DNA of 64,000 nucleotides from an uncultured bacterium. GTDB lineage: Bacteria; Krumholzibacteriota; Krumholzibacteriia; Krumholzibacteriales; Krumholzibacteriaceae. Under the pieces are notes generated by a model. The model had not been told where the DNA came from and ran no database searches. It saw nothing but the letters and a program-made list of their open reading frames with translations. Where the stretch lies: NCBI GenBank assembly GCA_963813815.1, contig CAWFAD010000007.1:32001-96000 (forward strand). Reading direction: 5' to 3'. Position numbers and translations under genes: made by a program. Within the stretch, counting starts at the first letter, position 1, and each line of letters opens with the position of its first letter. Below are positions 32,331 to 44,300 of the stretch, piece after piece.

Positions 32331-33400
32331 GTCAGGAAGATCTCCTGCGGCACTACCGCGTCGACGCGGGCCGGATGCTCGATCGCGTCGTCCAGCTCCC
32401 CGACCAGATCGAGCAGGCCTGGCAGATGATGAAATCGTTCAAGTCGCCCGCGCCGCGCGGCAAGGGGCCCGTCATCATCTGCGGGATGGGGGGGTCGGCG
32501 ATCGGCGGCATGCTGCTCCGCGACCTCGTCCGGCAGGAATCTTCCGTGCCCGTGGTGCTCGAATCGACGTACGCCCTGCCGGCCTTCGCCGGCAAGGGGA
32601 CGCCCGTCGTCTGCGTGAGCTACAGCGGCAACACGGAAGAGGTCCTGAGCTGCCTCCATAACGCCCTCATGCGCGGCTGCCCGACGATCGCCCTCTGCTC
32701 CGGCGGAGCCCTCGCCGCGGAGGCCGATCGCGCCGGGATTCCCGCGATCCTCGTTCCCGCGGGAATGCCGCCGCGCGCGGCGCTCGGCTATCTGTTCATC
32801 CCGCTCCTCGCCCTCGTGTCGAGGTGGGGGTGGTACGCCGCGACCGACGACGACATCGACGCCGCCGTGCGGCGGTGCCGCAAGCTCGTGGAGATGCATT
32901 CGATCGAGGGGGACGCGGCGGGGAGCCGGGGGCTCCAGCTCGCCAAGCGCCTCTACGGAAAGACCCCCCTCGTATACGCGGGGGACGGGCTGCTCGCCTC
33001 CGCCGCCTACCGGTGGAAATGCCAGCTGAACGAGAACGCGAAGAGCATGGCGTTCGCCAACCATTTCCCCGAGCTCGGACACAACGAGATCATGGGGTGG
33101 ACGGCGCCGGAGCGTTTGCGGAGCGATTACTTTCTCGTCATGCTGCGCGACGCCGAGGATCATCCCCGGGTGCAGCGCGGCATGGAGGCCGCCTACCGGA
33201 TGCTGGAACCGCTCGCGAGCGGCTCCGTTCTCATCGAGAGCGAAGGGGATCGGGGGCGCGCCGGCCGCCTCGCCCGGCTCCTCTCCGTCGTTCTCTTCGG
33301 CGATTTCACGAGCGTCTTTCTCGCCGTCGAATACGGCAAGGACCCGACACCCATCGAGATGATAGACCGGTTGAAGGACGAGCTGAGATTGGAGGAATGA
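32327..33400 (+). CDS. Bifunctional phosphoglucose/phosphomannose isomerase
   Basis: GMGGS, SYSGNTEE, PPRAA, RWK.QLNENAK, PELGHNE. Confidence 0.92.
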   Translation: MSQEDLLRHYRVDAGRMLDRVVQLPDQIEQAWQMMKSFKSPAPRGKGPVIICGMGGSAIGGMLLRDLVRQESSVPVVLESTYALPAFAGKGTPVVCVSYSGNTEEVLSCLHNALMRGCPTIALCSGGALAAEADRAGIPAILVPAGMPPRAALGYLFIPLLALVSRWGWYAATDDDIDAAVRRCRKLVEMHSIEGDAAGSRGLQLAKRLYGKTPLVYAGDGLLASAAYRWKCQLNENAKSMAFANHFPELGHNEIMGWTAPERLRSDYFLVMLRDAEDHPRVQRGMEAAYRMLEPLASGSVLIESEGDRGRAGRLARLLSVVLFGDFTSVFLAVEYGKDPTPIEMIDRLKDELRLEE

Positions 33401-34374
33401 TGAAAGCGATCATCCCGGTCGCCGGCATCGGGAAGCGGCTGCGCCCCCATACGCTCAACATCCCGAAGGCGCTCCTCAACGTCGCGGGCAAGCCGATCCT
33501 CGGCCACATCGTCGACAGCCTCCTCTCCATGGGCGTCAAGGAGCTCGTCCCCGTCGTCGGCTACAAGGGGGAGCTCATCCGGGAATATCTCTCGACCGCC
33601 TACCGCGTCCCCACGACCTTCGTCGAGCAGACGGAGCAAAAGGGGATCGCCCACGCCGTCTCCCTCGCCCGTCGGCACGCGGACGGATCGGAGATCATCA
33701 TCATCCTCGGGGATACGATCATCAAAACCGACTTCCGGCGCATACCGGCCGCGGGAAGCAACGTGCTCGGGGTCCGCGAGGTGCAGGATCCGAGCCGCTT
33801 CGGGATCTGCGAGGTCGAGGGCGGGATCATCAGGCGCATCGTCGAGAAGCCCGAGCATCCCGCGGGCAATCTCGCGCTCATCGGGCTCTACTACTTTCTC
33901 GATTCGTCGCCGCTGTTCGCCGCCTGCGCCGAGGTGATCGAGCAAGGCATCATGACCAAGGGGGAGTATCAGATCACCGACGCGCTTCAGCTCATGATCG
34001 ACCGGGGCGCGGAGTTCCGCCCCTATCACATCGACGGCTGGTACGATTGCGGCAAGGTGGAGACCCTCCTCGAGACGAATCGGATCCTGCTCGCGGACGC
34101 CAAGACGACCGCGAAACGCGACGGGTGCATCGTCATACCGCCGTGCTTCATCGACGCGGAGAGCCGCATCACGAACTCGATCATCGGGCCGCACGTATCG
34201 GTCGCGAAAGGGTGCGAGATCCGCGGCTCCATCATCGAGAACTCGATTCTCAACGAGGGATCGAGCATCGAAAACGTGATCCTCGAGGGATCGGTCGTCG
34301 GAGCCTTCGCCGAGGTCACGGGGCGGAAGGGCAGCGTCAACGTGAGCGATTACTCCCAGATCGACTACCGGTGA
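33400..34374 (+). CDS. Sugar-phosphate nucleotidyltransferase with C-terminal beta-helix repeats
   Basis: KAIIPVAGIGKRLRPHT..PKAL..VAGKPIL, LGDT, EKP, GEYQITDAL, WYDCG. Confidence 0.9.
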   Translation: MKAIIPVAGIGKRLRPHTLNIPKALLNVAGKPILGHIVDSLLSMGVKELVPVVGYKGELIREYLSTAYRVPTTFVEQTEQKGIAHAVSLARRHADGSEIIIILGDTIIKTDFRRIPAAGSNVLGVREVQDPSRFGICEVEGGIIRRIVEKPEHPAGNLALIGLYYFLDSSPLFAACAEVIEQGIMTKGEYQITDALQLMIDRGAEFRPYHIDGWYDCGKVETLLETNRILLADAKTTAKRDGCIVIPPCFIDAESRITNSIIGPHVSVAKGCEIRGSIIENSILNEGSSIENVILEGSVVGAFAEVTGRKGSVNVSDYSQIDYR

Positions 34375-34389
34375 GCTTTTCGTTTCCGC

Positions 34390-34418
34390 TTGACCCGGCT
34401 CCCCGGCTCGACTAGCTT
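34390..34418 (+). promoter_or_regulatory. Possible sigma70 promoter of metK-ahcY
   Basis: TTGACC-17 nt-TAGCTT. Confidence 0.5.
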
Positions 34419-34461
34419 TCTTCTCTACGTTCGACACGAAATCGTTCCAAGGAGTAGATAC

Positions 34462-35604
34462 ATGACGGAAAAGCATCTCTTCACGTCCGAGTCGGTCACC
34501 GAGGGGCATCCCGACAAGATAGCGGACCAGATATCGGACAGCGTCGTCGACGCGATCCTCTCGCGGGACCCGCTCGGACGCGTCGCGTGCGAATGCCTCG
34601 TGACGACCGGCCTCGTGTTCGTCGCCGGCGAGATTCATACGGAGACGTACGTCGACATCCCCTCCACCGTGCGGGGCGTCATCCGCGACATCGGATACGT
34701 CGAGCCCCACCTCGGCTTCGATTTCGAGACGGCGGCGGTTCTGAGCTCCATCGACGAGCAGTCGGGCGACATCGCGCTCGGCGTCGACACGGGGGGGGCG
34801 GGCGACCAGGGGATGATGTTCGGCTACGCCTGCACGCAGACGGACGTTCTCATGCCGATGCCGATCGTCGTGGCCCACCGGCTCGCGAGGCGGCTCTCCG
34901 AGGCGCGCCGGAGCGGGCTCTTGCCCTATCTCAAACCGGACGGCAAGTCGCAGGTCACGATCGAGTACGAAGACCATATGCCGAAGAAGTTCCATACGGT
35001 GCTCGTTTCGGCGCAGCACGCCGAGGACGTGACGATCGAGCAGCTGCGCGAGGACCTCGCGAGGGAGATTATCCGACCCGTCGTCGCCGAAATGAAGATC
35101 GACGCCTCGGATTACCGGATTCTCGTGAATCCCACCGGCCGGTTCGTCAAGGGCGGACCTGCCGCCGATACGGGCCTCACCGGACGCAAGATCATCGTCG
35201 ACACGTACGGCGGGTACGCGAGCCACGGCGGGGGCGCCTTCTCGGGAAAGGACCCGACGAAGGTCGATCGCTCCGGCTCCTACGCGGCGCGCCACGTCGC
35301 CAAGAACATCGTCGCCGCGGGCCTCGCGAAGGAGTGCCAGGTGCAGGTCGCGTACGCGATCGGCGTCGCGGAGCCGATATCCGTCATGGTCGACACCCTC
35401 GGAACGGGGAAGCTACCGGACGAGAGGCTCACGAGCATCGTTCGCGACGTGTTCGACCTCACGCCTCGCGGCATCATCGACCGGCTGAAGCTCCGCCGGG
35501 GCATCTATCGATCGACGGCCGCGTACGGGCACTTCGGCCGCACCGAGCCCGAGTTCTCGTGGGAGGCGCTCGACATGGTGGACGCCGTCAGGGCGAGAGT
35601 ATAG
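34462..35604 (+). CDS. metK: S-adenosylmethionine synthetase
   Basis: [49 protein letters not shown]. Confidence 0.98.
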   Translation: MTEKHLFTSESVTEGHPDKIADQISDSVVDAILSRDPLGRVACECLVTTGLVFVAGEIHTETYVDIPSTVRGVIRDIGYVEPHLGFDFETAAVLSSIDEQSGDIALGVDTGGAGDQGMMFGYACTQTDVLMPMPIVVAHRLARRLSEARRSGLLPYLKPDGKSQVTIEYEDHMPKKFHTVLVSAQHAEDVTIEQLREDLAREIIRPVVAEMKIDASDYRILVNPTGRFVKGGPAADTGLTGRKIIVDTYGGYASHGGGAFSGKDPTKVDRSGSYAARHVAKNIVAAGLAKECQVQVAYAIGVAEPISVMVDTLGTGKLPDERLTSIVRDVFDLTPRGIIDRLKLRRGIYRSTAAYGHFGRTEPEFSWEALDMVDAVRARV

Positions 35605-35646
35605 CGCCGCGCGGCCGCGCGGCGGAGAAGGGAAAGGAAACGGGAC

Positions 35647-36903
35647 ATGCGGTACGACTGCAAGGATATGGGGCTCGCTGAGGCGGGTCGGAAGCGGATC
35701 GAATGGGCCTGGGAGAACATGCCCGTCTGCGGCATGATCCGCTCGCGCTTCGAAAAGGAAAAGCCCCTCGCCGGGGTGCGGATCGCCGCGTGCCTCCACG
35801 TGACGACCGAGACGGCGAACCTCGCCGCGGCCCTCAAGGCGGGAGGGGCGGAGGTGGCGCTCTGCGCCTCGAATCCCCTCAGCACGCAGGACGACGTCGT
35901 CGCCTCGCTCGTGAAGCACGAGGAGATTCCCACCTTCGCCGTGAAGGGGGAGGACGGGGATCGTTACTACGGACATATCAAGGCCGTGCTCGACACGAAG
36001 CCCGTGGTCACGATGGACGACGGGGCGGATCTCGTGAGCATGCTCCACAAGGAGCGCCGCGAGCTCCTCGGAGCGATCAGGGGAGGCACCGAGGAGACGA
36101 CGACGGGGGTCATCAGGCTCCGGAGCATGGAGCGCAACGGCGTTCTCGCCTATCCCATCATCGCCATCAACGACGCCGAGACGAAGCACCTCTTCGACAA
36201 CCGCTACGGCACCGGCCAGAGCACGATCGACGGTATCCTGCGAGCGACGAACATGCTCTTCGCGGGCTCGCGGGTCGTCGTCTTCGGCTACGGCTGGTGC
36301 GGGCGCGGCACCGCGGCCAGGGCGAAGGGCATGGGGGCGAACGTGATCATCTGCGAGGTCGATCCGCTCAAGGCGCTCGAGGCCGTGATGGACGGGTACA
36401 CCGTGCTGCCGTCGCTCGAGGCGGCCTCGATCGGCGATGTGTTCCTCACCGTCACGGGCGATACGGCGATTGTGCGCCAGGAGCATTTCGAACGGATGAA
36501 GAGCGGAGCGATCGTCGCGAACTCCGGCCACTTCAACGTCGAGATCGACATTCCCGCGCTCGAGCGGCTCGCCGTCGGCAAGAGCGCGCCGCGCGAAAAC
36601 GTCGCGCAGTACGTCCTCCGGGACGGCCGGAAGATCAACCTGCTCGGGGAGGGACGCCTCATCAATCTCGCCGCCGCCGAGGGTCATCCGGCGATGGTCA
36701 TGGACATGAGCTTCGCCGACCAGCTCCTCTCCGTCGAGCACATCGTCAAGGGCGTCGAGAAGCTCGAGAAAAAGGTCTACGCGGTTCCGCGGGCGATCGA
36801 CAGCATGGTCGCCTCGCTCAAGCTCGCGTCCATGGGAGTCCGGATCGACGAGCTCACCGAGCAGCAGAGGCGTTACCTCGCGAGCTGGGAAGAGGGAACC
36901 TGA
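35647..36903 (+). CDS. ahcY: Adenosylhomocysteinase
   Basis: [53 protein letters not shown]. Confidence 0.97.
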   Translation: MRYDCKDMGLAEAGRKRIEWAWENMPVCGMIRSRFEKEKPLAGVRIAACLHVTTETANLAAALKAGGAEVALCASNPLSTQDDVVASLVKHEEIPTFAVKGEDGDRYYGHIKAVLDTKPVVTMDDGADLVSMLHKERRELLGAIRGGTEETTTGVIRLRSMERNGVLAYPIIAINDAETKHLFDNRYGTGQSTIDGILRATNMLFAGSRVVVFGYGWCGRGTAARAKGMGANVIICEVDPLKALEAVMDGYTVLPSLEAASIGDVFLTVTGDTAIVRQEHFERMKSGAIVANSGHFNVEIDIPALERLAVGKSAPRENVAQYVLRDGRKINLLGEGRLINLAAAEGHPAMVMDMSFADQLLSVEHIVKGVEKLEKKVYAVPRAIDSMVASLKLASMGVRIDELTEQQRRYLASWEEGT

Positions 36904-36913
36904 GGCCCGCCCC

Positions 36914-38527
36914 TCATTTCAGTATCGAGAATTCCTCGGCGCGGGTGGTCGTGCGGAACGTCCGCCGGTCCGTGACCGTCACCGTGAGGCGGAAACGCCC
37001 CTCCCAGAGATTCTCCGTGGCGATCGACAGGCGCTGGGGCTGCACGGCGCCGAAGCCGCTCGTTTCGAAGGACGAGCTGATGGGCGGAGGGATCTCTTCC
37101 AGCACCGGCCCGGCGCGCCGTTTGTCGAGGGGTACGATCCGGTACTCGACCCGGTAGTACGCCATCCCTTCGTCGGACGTGTCGAGCCCGTAGATCTCGA
37201 AGTAGATCGAGATGGGAAACGGTATGCGGTAGGCGCGGAGCGGATGCGGCACGACCCGCAGGGCGCCCTTCCGGAACCGCCCGCCCTCCTCGCTCTCCGT
37301 GATGCCGCTCGCGAACTGGATGTCGCTCGTCGAAGGGGACCCGTCGTACGGCCCGAGCTCGAGATTCGTGCGGTACGCGGCCCGGCGCGAGCCCCCTCGA
37401 TCGACCGCCTCGATGCCGATCCGGTAGTACCCGGGCTCGAGGGCGAGCACCACCTGTCCGGGAATGAGGCTCGTCCCGACGGAGGCGTCGGCGGCGAGGC
37501 GCGGCTGCACGAGATCGGAATCCGCCGCGACGACGCGGTTCTCGAAATCTCGCACGAGCACCTTGAACGCGACGTCCGCCTCGAGCGTCCCCTCGCGCCG
37601 GACGAAGCGCACCTCGCTCGCGGGGACTTCGAAGCTCACCTCCGTCCTCACGGTTCCCTCGCCGCCCCGGAACCCCGCGACGTCGAAGTAGAGCGGGAGG
37701 CTCTCGCGGTTCATCTCGAACGAGTAGACGGCCGGATGCTCCTCGAGGTAGGTATAGAAGTTGTTGACGGAGCGCCGGACCTTCTCCTCCTCCCACTCGG
37801 CGATGAGATCCCTGAAGGTCGACGCCGCCATGCGCAGGTCCTGGTCCGCGACGTAGTCGATCTCGTCCGGATTCCAATCGGCGAGATCCTTCACCTCGTC
37901 GGGGCTCATGTACTCGATGGGGTAGAGGCGCTGGAGAACGCCGTATTTGGCGATGGCGCTGATATTCTGTATGCGATCGAGCTCGCGGCGGGACGAGCGG
38001 CCGACGGGGTCGCTCGCGAAGAAGAACTCCCCCTTGAGGTTGAAGTTCGAGAACTGCACGATCATGTCGAACGAGCGGTAGTACCACACCTCGCCGGGCG
38101 GCGTGAACTCGTAGAACCCGACCGTTCCGTGCACCTCGGTGCGATCGGTCGGCATGCCCCACCGGATGAGCGCCTCGCCGCGCCGGTCCCACCCCGGGGG
38201 CTTCTTCATGCCGAAGAGCTTCCGCGCGAGGGCGACGCGTTTTTCGTGCTCGATCCGGCGCTCGTTCTCCGCCGTGGCCGGGGTCGGGTCGCGGTCGATC
38301 CAGAACCCCTCCATCCAGCTCTCGCGCTCCCGCGCCGTGGGGAGCCCGAGGTACTGCCTCTTCTGATGTCCGTTGAGAAAGTATCCGAGGCCGAAATAGG
38401 CGAGGCGCTCCTCGGCCCCGATGGCGCGGATGCGGGCGAGCTCGCCCTTGAACGCCTCCTTCGCCCCGCGCGCGGGGAGGGGAAGCGCCGCGAGGGCGAG
38501 CGCCACGATGACGGCCGTTCTTCGCAT
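36914..38527 (-). CDS. Secreted GWxTD-domain-like protein
   Basis: Signal peptide MRRTAVIVALALAALPLPARG; FWIDRDPTPATAENE..EH..RV..A..F..GWDRRG..IRWG.P; EVWYY; beta-rich C-terminal region; start overlaps the lptG stop. Confidence 0.8.
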   Translation of the reverse strand: MRRTAVIVALALAALPLPARGAKEAFKGELARIRAIGAEERLAYFGLGYFLNGHQKRQYLGLPTARERESWMEGFWIDRDPTPATAENERRIEHEKRVALARKLFGMKKPPGWDRRGEALIRWGMPTDRTEVHGTVGFYEFTPPGEVWYYRSFDMIVQFSNFNLKGEFFFASDPVGRSSRRELDRIQNISAIAKYGVLQRLYPIEYMSPDEVKDLADWNPDEIDYVADQDLRMAASTFRDLIAEWEEEKVRRSVNNFYTYLEEHPAVYSFEMNRESLPLYFDVAGFRGGEGTVRTEVSFEVPASEVRFVRREGTLEADVAFKVLVRDFENRVVAADSDLVQPRLAADASVGTSLIPGQVVLALEPGYYRIGIEAVDRGGSRRAAYRTNLELGPYDGSPSTSDIQFASGITESEEGGRFRKGALRVVPHPLRAYRIPFPISIYFEIYGLDTSDEGMAYYRVEYRIVPLDKRRAGPVLEEIPPPISSSFETSGFGAVQPQRLSIATENLWEGRFRLTVTVTDRRTFRTTTRAEEFSILK

Positions 38528-39606
38528 CACTGATTCGCCCTGTGGAGCAGCACTCCTCCGATGACGAGGAAGACGACGTTCCCGAGCCACGCGCTCGCGA
38601 ACGGCGGGATGACGCCGCTGTGGCCGAGCGCCTGGCCGATGCGGATGATTCCGTAGTAGGTGAAGCTGATGAAGAGCGTGAGTCCGAATCCTGTCGCCAT
38701 GGACGGTTTCCTCTTCGCCGAGGCGAGCGCCGCGCCGATCACCGCGAATATGAGGTTCGTGAACGGAAAGCTGAATTTAAAATAGAGATCGACGAGGTAC
38801 TTGTCAACGGGGCCGCCGCTCCGCCGGAGCCGGTCGATGTAGCGGCGCAGCTCCCTCGCGTTCATCTCGTCCGGGGAGATCTCCTCGCGCATGAAATCCT
38901 CGGGGCGCTCGACGAGGTCCCTGACCTCGAGCTTCGAGAAGGTCGCCACCCGCTCTCCGTCCGCCGAGAACGTGCGCGTCGCTCCGTCGATGAATACCCA
39001 CTGGGCTCCGTCCCAGGAGGCCTTCTTCGCGTCGATCCTCCGCGAAAGCGTTCCCTCGCGGTACTCGTGCACGATCACGTTCGCGAGCGACTTGAGAACG
39101 ACGTCGTATCGCTGCGCGTAGTACGTGCGTCCCTGCTCCCCCTGATAGTGGACGTTGTCACGGTAGCGCTCGTTCTCGCGCCGCTTCTCCCCCTTGATCC
39201 GCACCTCCTTGATCTCCTCGCTCTTCCGGTTCGCCTGGGGCAGGAGAAACTCGCCGTACGTGAGGACGCCGAGGCTGATGACGACGGACGAGACGATGAT
39301 CGGCGAGGCGACGCGCGTGAGCGGCGTGCCGGAGGCGATGAACGCCGTGAGCTCGCCGAGCCGCGAGAGCCTCCCGAGGGAGAACACCGCCGCGAGCAGA
39401 ACGGCCACCGGCATGACGAGGACGAGGATCCAGGGGACCATGTACGCGTAGAGGAGGATGACGTCCATGACCCGCGCGTGGAAATCGATGTAGTCGTCGA
39501 TCTGCTCGTTCACGTCGACCGTGATGTAGATCGCCGCGAAGGCGATGAGCCCGATCGCGAGGTTGCGCCAGAAGTCGACGAGGAGGTAACGGTCATGAAT
39601 GCGCAC
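38527..39606 (-). CDS. lptG: LptF/LptG-family permease (LptG)
   Basis: DRYL, GELTAFIASG, periplasmic beta-jellyroll, KFSFPF, W.GN; 6-TM layout. Confidence 0.88.
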   Translation of the reverse strand: MRIHDRYLLVDFWRNLAIGLIAFAAIYITVDVNEQIDDYIDFHARVMDVILLYAYMVPWILVLVMPVAVLLAAVFSLGRLSRLGELTAFIASGTPLTRVASPIIVSSVVISLGVLTYGEFLLPQANRKSEEIKEVRIKGEKRRENERYRDNVHYQGEQGRTYYAQRYDVVLKSLANVIVHEYREGTLSRRIDAKKASWDGAQWVFIDGATRTFSADGERVATFSKLEVRDLVERPEDFMREEISPDEMNARELRRYIDRLRRSGGPVDKYLVDLYFKFSFPFTNLIFAVIGAALASAKRKPSMATGFGLTLFISFTYYGIIRIGQALGHSGVIPPFASAWLGNVVFLVIGGVLLHRANQ

Positions 39607-40987
39607 GATGCCACCGTCTCAGCGGATTGTATCGTTCCCAGGCGATCGCCGTGAACTCGCGGTTCGTGCGCCGGATGAGGACGACGGCGACGGCGAAGAG
39701 AATGATGTTGGCCATCCACATCGAAAGCCACGGCTCGACGTACCGGCGGTCGGCGAGCTTCTCGCCGCTGATGAGAAACACGTAGTAGACGAGGAAAAAG
39801 AAGATACTGAAGCCGATCGCCACCGTCATGCCCCGGCGTCCCGAGCGTATCGCGAGGGGGGCGCCGAGCAGTATGAAGATGATGCAGCTCATGGGGATGG
39901 CGTACTTCTTGTGAATCTCGACCCCGTAGCGGTTGATCTGGTCGAGGATGCCGTCGACCTCGTACGTTTTCACGGTGAGCATCTGGAGTATTCGCTCCGC
40001 CTCGCTCGCCGCGCGGGGGATGGCGCGCGGCCTCTCGTCGTCCTGCGTCGCGGCCCTCGCCGGCTCGGATTTCGGCGCGAGCTCCGAGGCTGCCGGCGCG
40101 ACCCGCGCGAGGACGGAGACGACGTGATCGCGGGCCACGCGGTGCATTTGGGCGCGCGCCGCCGCGGCGGTTCCGTCGTATTCGCGGGCGCGCTCGCGCA
40201 TCATGCCCGCGCTCATCTCCCGGTCGCTGCGGTAGGTTCTGTCCGTGCGCCGGAGATCCCTTCCCGCGTCCTGCAGATTCACCGTGAAGTGCTTGAATCG
40301 CGTGAGACGGTAGGTCTTGATGTCCGCGGGATCGGGCATTTCGTGGATCTCGCCGTCGTCGAGCTCGAACCGGAGGACCATGTCCTCCTCGCTGTAGCTC
40401 ATCCGTCCGCTCGTCGCGATGATCGTCCTCGGCGCGGGGCCCTTGCGGTCGTAGATCTGCACGCCGCCGATCGTTCCCGAGCGGTCGTTCTTCTCGCGCA
40501 CGAGTATCGTGTAGCCGTCGACGGCGTCGCTGAAGATATTCTCCCTGATCTCGAGCGTCGGCTTCATGCGGCCGATGTCGATCATGAGGTTCGCGAGCCG
40601 GTGGTTGCTCTCGGGCAGGAGCATGTCGTTGTAGAAGATCATGCCGATCCCCATGACGGCGGAGGCCGCGATCACCGGCCGGAGCATCCGGTAGAGAGAA
40701 ATGCCGCTCGATTTCATCGCGATGATCTCGTTCTCGGCGGCGAGCTGTCCGAACGCCATGAGCGTCGCCGGCATCACGGCCATTGGTATAATTAATGCGA
40801 ACATATGGCCGAGACTGAGCACGAAGAACTCCAGAACGATCGGCAGCCTGACCCCGTTCGCGATGAATTTGCCGATCCAGCGGATGATGAAATCCATGAC
40901 GAATACGAAGGTGATGACGGAGAGCGCGAAGAAGTAGGGACCGACGTGGCTCGAAAGTATGTAGCGGTCGAGAATTTTTGTTTTCAT
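39593..40987 (-). CDS. lptF: LptF/LptG-family permease (LptF)
   Basis: ILDRYI, NEIIAMKSSGISL, VEIHKKYAIP, LGAPL, WMANI. Confidence 0.88.
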   Translation of the reverse strand: MKTKILDRYILSSHVGPYFFALSVITFVFVMDFIIRWIGKFIANGVRLPIVLEFFVLSLGHMFALIIPMAVMPATLMAFGQLAAENEIIAMKSSGISLYRMLRPVIAASAVMGIGMIFYNDMLLPESNHRLANLMIDIGRMKPTLEIRENIFSDAVDGYTILVREKNDRSGTIGGVQIYDRKGPAPRTIIATSGRMSYSEEDMVLRFELDDGEIHEMPDPADIKTYRLTRFKHFTVNLQDAGRDLRRTDRTYRSDREMSAGMMRERAREYDGTAAAARAQMHRVARDHVVSVLARVAPAASELAPKSEPARAATQDDERPRAIPRAASEAERILQMLTVKTYEVDGILDQINRYGVEIHKKYAIPMSCIIFILLGAPLAIRSGRRGMTVAIGFSIFFFLVYYVFLISGEKLADRRYVEPWLSMWMANIILFAVAVVLIRRTNREFTAIAWERYNPLRRWHRAHS

Positions 40988-41347
40988 ACGCTTACGGTCG
41001 TATCACCGCCGGGCGTCGTGCAAGAATAATGCCCCGCGCCGGGGAGCCGGCCGCGCCGGCTCGAATCCCCTCCGCGGAACCTCGGGATAGAAGATACCGG
41101 GCGCACATCCTCCTTCCAAGACCTTTTCGGAAGAGGAAAGAGGAGAAGAGGCGCAGTGTATCTTTTTATGGACGATAGCGGCCATTTCTGTCTTTTTTCC
41201 GGGACACCGCCGGGACGGATCGTGTCCGGCGAACATCCCGCAACGGTTGTGAAGCATGGCGACTGTAGCATATATTGATTCAGGGATGGCAGCCTTTTCT
41301 CCCTCCCCGCGGTCCCCGGGGAAAACGGCTTTTCGCCCCGCAGGTGG

Positions 41348-44300
41348 ATGAACGTGACGACCACGGGACGCGCTCGGCATTACCGCACACACCCTGCCCC
41401 CGGGCGAATTCTCCGTGCCCTTATCCTTCTCTCGTGCGCCGTCTCCGGCGCGGCATCCGCGCAGACCCTCGACGTCGATCTCGAGCGGATGTCCTCTCTC
41501 ATGGGTCTGCGGTACTACATCGCCGAGCACGGCGAGCTCCCTCCCGGGTACATCCTCCTCGGCGACGTTGGCCTTCGGCCCGGCTTCCTCGAAGCCGATT
41601 TCGAACATCGCCGCGACGTCGTCGAGTTCGACGACGAGATGGGGCTCGTCTTCCGATTCCGCGTTCCGGGCGAGTATCGTTTCCTGCGGAAAGAGGGGCG
41701 GAGCGACCTTTTCTATTTTCTGGAGCCCCGCGATCTCGATATCCCCGGTCTCTCCGTGTCGATCGAGGGAATCGACGAGATTCTCCGGCGGACCCGCGCC
41801 TCCTCCGCGCGGGCGGCCTGGCTCGAGGAGGTCCGCTACGGCCTCCGGCGCGAACGCCTCGAGAAATCGGGCAAGGGGCTTCTCTCCCTCGACATTCCCA
41901 TCGCCCTCCCGAAATCGATCGAGCGCATCATCGGCAGGGGCGAGGAGACCAATCTCACCGTGCAGGGCAGCGAGCGCATCGCGATATCGGGCACGTCGAA
42001 CTGGTGCTCGAACTGCCCCCGCACCGAGGGGCAGCCGAATCAGGAGAAGTTTCCGGACCTCGATCTCGACCAGCAGCTCAGCGTGAGTCTCCGCGGCACG
42101 ATCGGCGAGAAGATCAACGTGGAGATACAGCACAGCAGCGTGGGGGAGGGCGTGCCCTCGACGAACCGCGTGCGCATCAACTACCGCGGCTTCGACGACG
42201 ACATCATCAAGCTCATCGAGATGGGCGACACCGAGTTGAGCCTCCAGGGTTCGCAGCTCGTGAGCTACTCCGGAGCGGCGAAGGGGCTTTTCGGCGTCAA
42301 GGCGATGGCGCAGGCGGGGCCGCTCGATCTCACCGTCATCGCGAGCAAGGAGGAAGGGGAGTCGGTCTCGGGGCATTACGCGCAGTCGGGCGGGCAGAGC
42401 ACGACGATCAGGATTCAGGACATCGATTTCATCAAGCGTCAGTTCTTCTACTTCGAGAACCCCGGACCGGATCTCTCCGATCCTCGGCCCGGCTTTCTCG
42501 GCGTCTACGGCGTGTACGGATCGACCGATCCGCTCTTCCCCGTCGTCGGCGGGACCTCCGGTGACTCGCTCGAGGTGTTCGTGTCGCTCGTCGGCGACGA
42601 ATACGTGAACGGGCCGGATCAGTACCGGGTCACCGGATACATCGACGCGCTCAATAACGGCATCGGCGACGACGAGATCGTCTTCGAGGCGGTTCCGTGC
42701 CGGCAGCTCTACGAGGGGACCGATTACGAGCTCATACAGGTGTACGGGCTCGAGGGAAATCCGAAGTACGTGGCGATCCGGCTTTCGCGGCCGCTCGACT
42801 CCGGCAGGAACCTGCTCGTGCGCTACAAGGCGCAGAATCTGAGCGGGGAAGAGGCGTTCGTCGTCGGAGATTACGGGCAGTGGGCCGAGACGCCGTTCAA
42901 GGCGGAGATTCTCTGCCGCGACGCCAACAACTCCGTCGGGACCGACGAGACGTGGCACCTCATGATGCGGAACGTGTACTCGGTCGGAAGGCTGAGCTCG
43001 GAGGCGACGATCGACCTCCAGATCCAGGATCTCGACAACCGGGACAACCGCTACATCCACCTCGAGTCCGGCGTTCCGTACCTGCGCCTGTTCGGGCTCG
43101 ATCAATACAATCAAATCGGCGAACGCGTGAGCGACGGCCGTTTCGACGCGGCGGTTCCGGGAGTTCTCGACCGCTCGACCGGATTTCTCATGATTCCGTG
43201 GTACCGGCCGTTCGATCCCGATTCGGCGTTCATCGCCTCCTTCCTCGATCCGGCCGACGAGCTCGAGGCGGGCTTCGTCTACGGAACGCTCGACCGGGAC
43301 GCCGAGCTCTACCAGAGGGTGCTCACGGGGACGGATCTCGACCGGAACCACCAGTACGACATCGTCCTTCAGGCCTCGAGCGGGCGGCGGAGCATCCAGC
43401 TCGCCGCGTACGACATCATCGAGGGAAGCGAGGTCGTCTCGGTGAACGGCTCGCGGCTCGCGCGCGGCACCGACTACGACATCGATTACCTGAGCGGCGA
43501 GGTCACCATCAAGGCGGACATACCGCCCGACTCGCGCATCAGCGTCGATTACCAGTACAAGCCGCTCTTCGGCGGTGGAAAGAACTCGCTGCTCGGCGTC
43601 GGCGCGAACCTCAACTTCTCGCAGAACTCGCGGCTGAGCGGCACGTTTCTCTACAGCTCGATGGGCGCCCCCAAGTACGCGCCGCGCGTCGGCGAGGAGC
43701 CTTCGCGGACGATGGTGGGGGACCTCAACGGCTCGTTCCTCTTCACGCCGGGATGGATGACCGGCCTCGCCAACCTCCTTCCGCGGGTCGACACGGACGC
43801 CAAGAGCACGCTCAACCTGGGGGGCGAGGTGGCGATGAGCTTCCCCAACCCGAACGTGAAGGGAGAGGCGATCATCGACGACATGGAGGGGGTGTCGGAG
43901 AGCAACCAGGTGAGCATGCTGAGGCGCTCGTGGTTTCCGGCGAGCCTTCCGTACGACTCGACCGGCGCGCAGCGACCCGACTCGAACCGCGTGGAGCAGT
44001 TCTTCTACTACAACGCGGCGCGCACCCCCCAGCAGGAGTATTTCATCACGAGCCGGCGCGATCTCAACCCCGATCTCGACCCGCGGGAGAACGCAACCGT
44101 CACGACGCTCTTTTTCGACGCGGTCTATCCCGGCGCCGCGACGCCGGGACAATGGGCCGGCGTCATGGCTGCCTTTCCGGCGAGCCTGGATCTCTCGACC
44201 GCGCAGTACGTCGAGATTTGGGTGAACGATTTCCAGACGGACCCCTCCGCGCGCGGGGGAAGGGTGCACATCGATTTCGGGAGCATCGACGAGGATTTCT

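Noticed and set aside
34375..34461. SAM riboswitch before metK
   Set aside because: The leader after the candidate promoter is only about 40 nt and no SAM-I core was recognised
41041..41150. tRNA-like GGCTCGAATCCC and hairpins in the lptF/sprA intergenic region
   Set aside because: T-stem does not pair and there is no cloverleaf; GC-rich hairpins are expected by chance; an ncRNA cannot be supported without covariation
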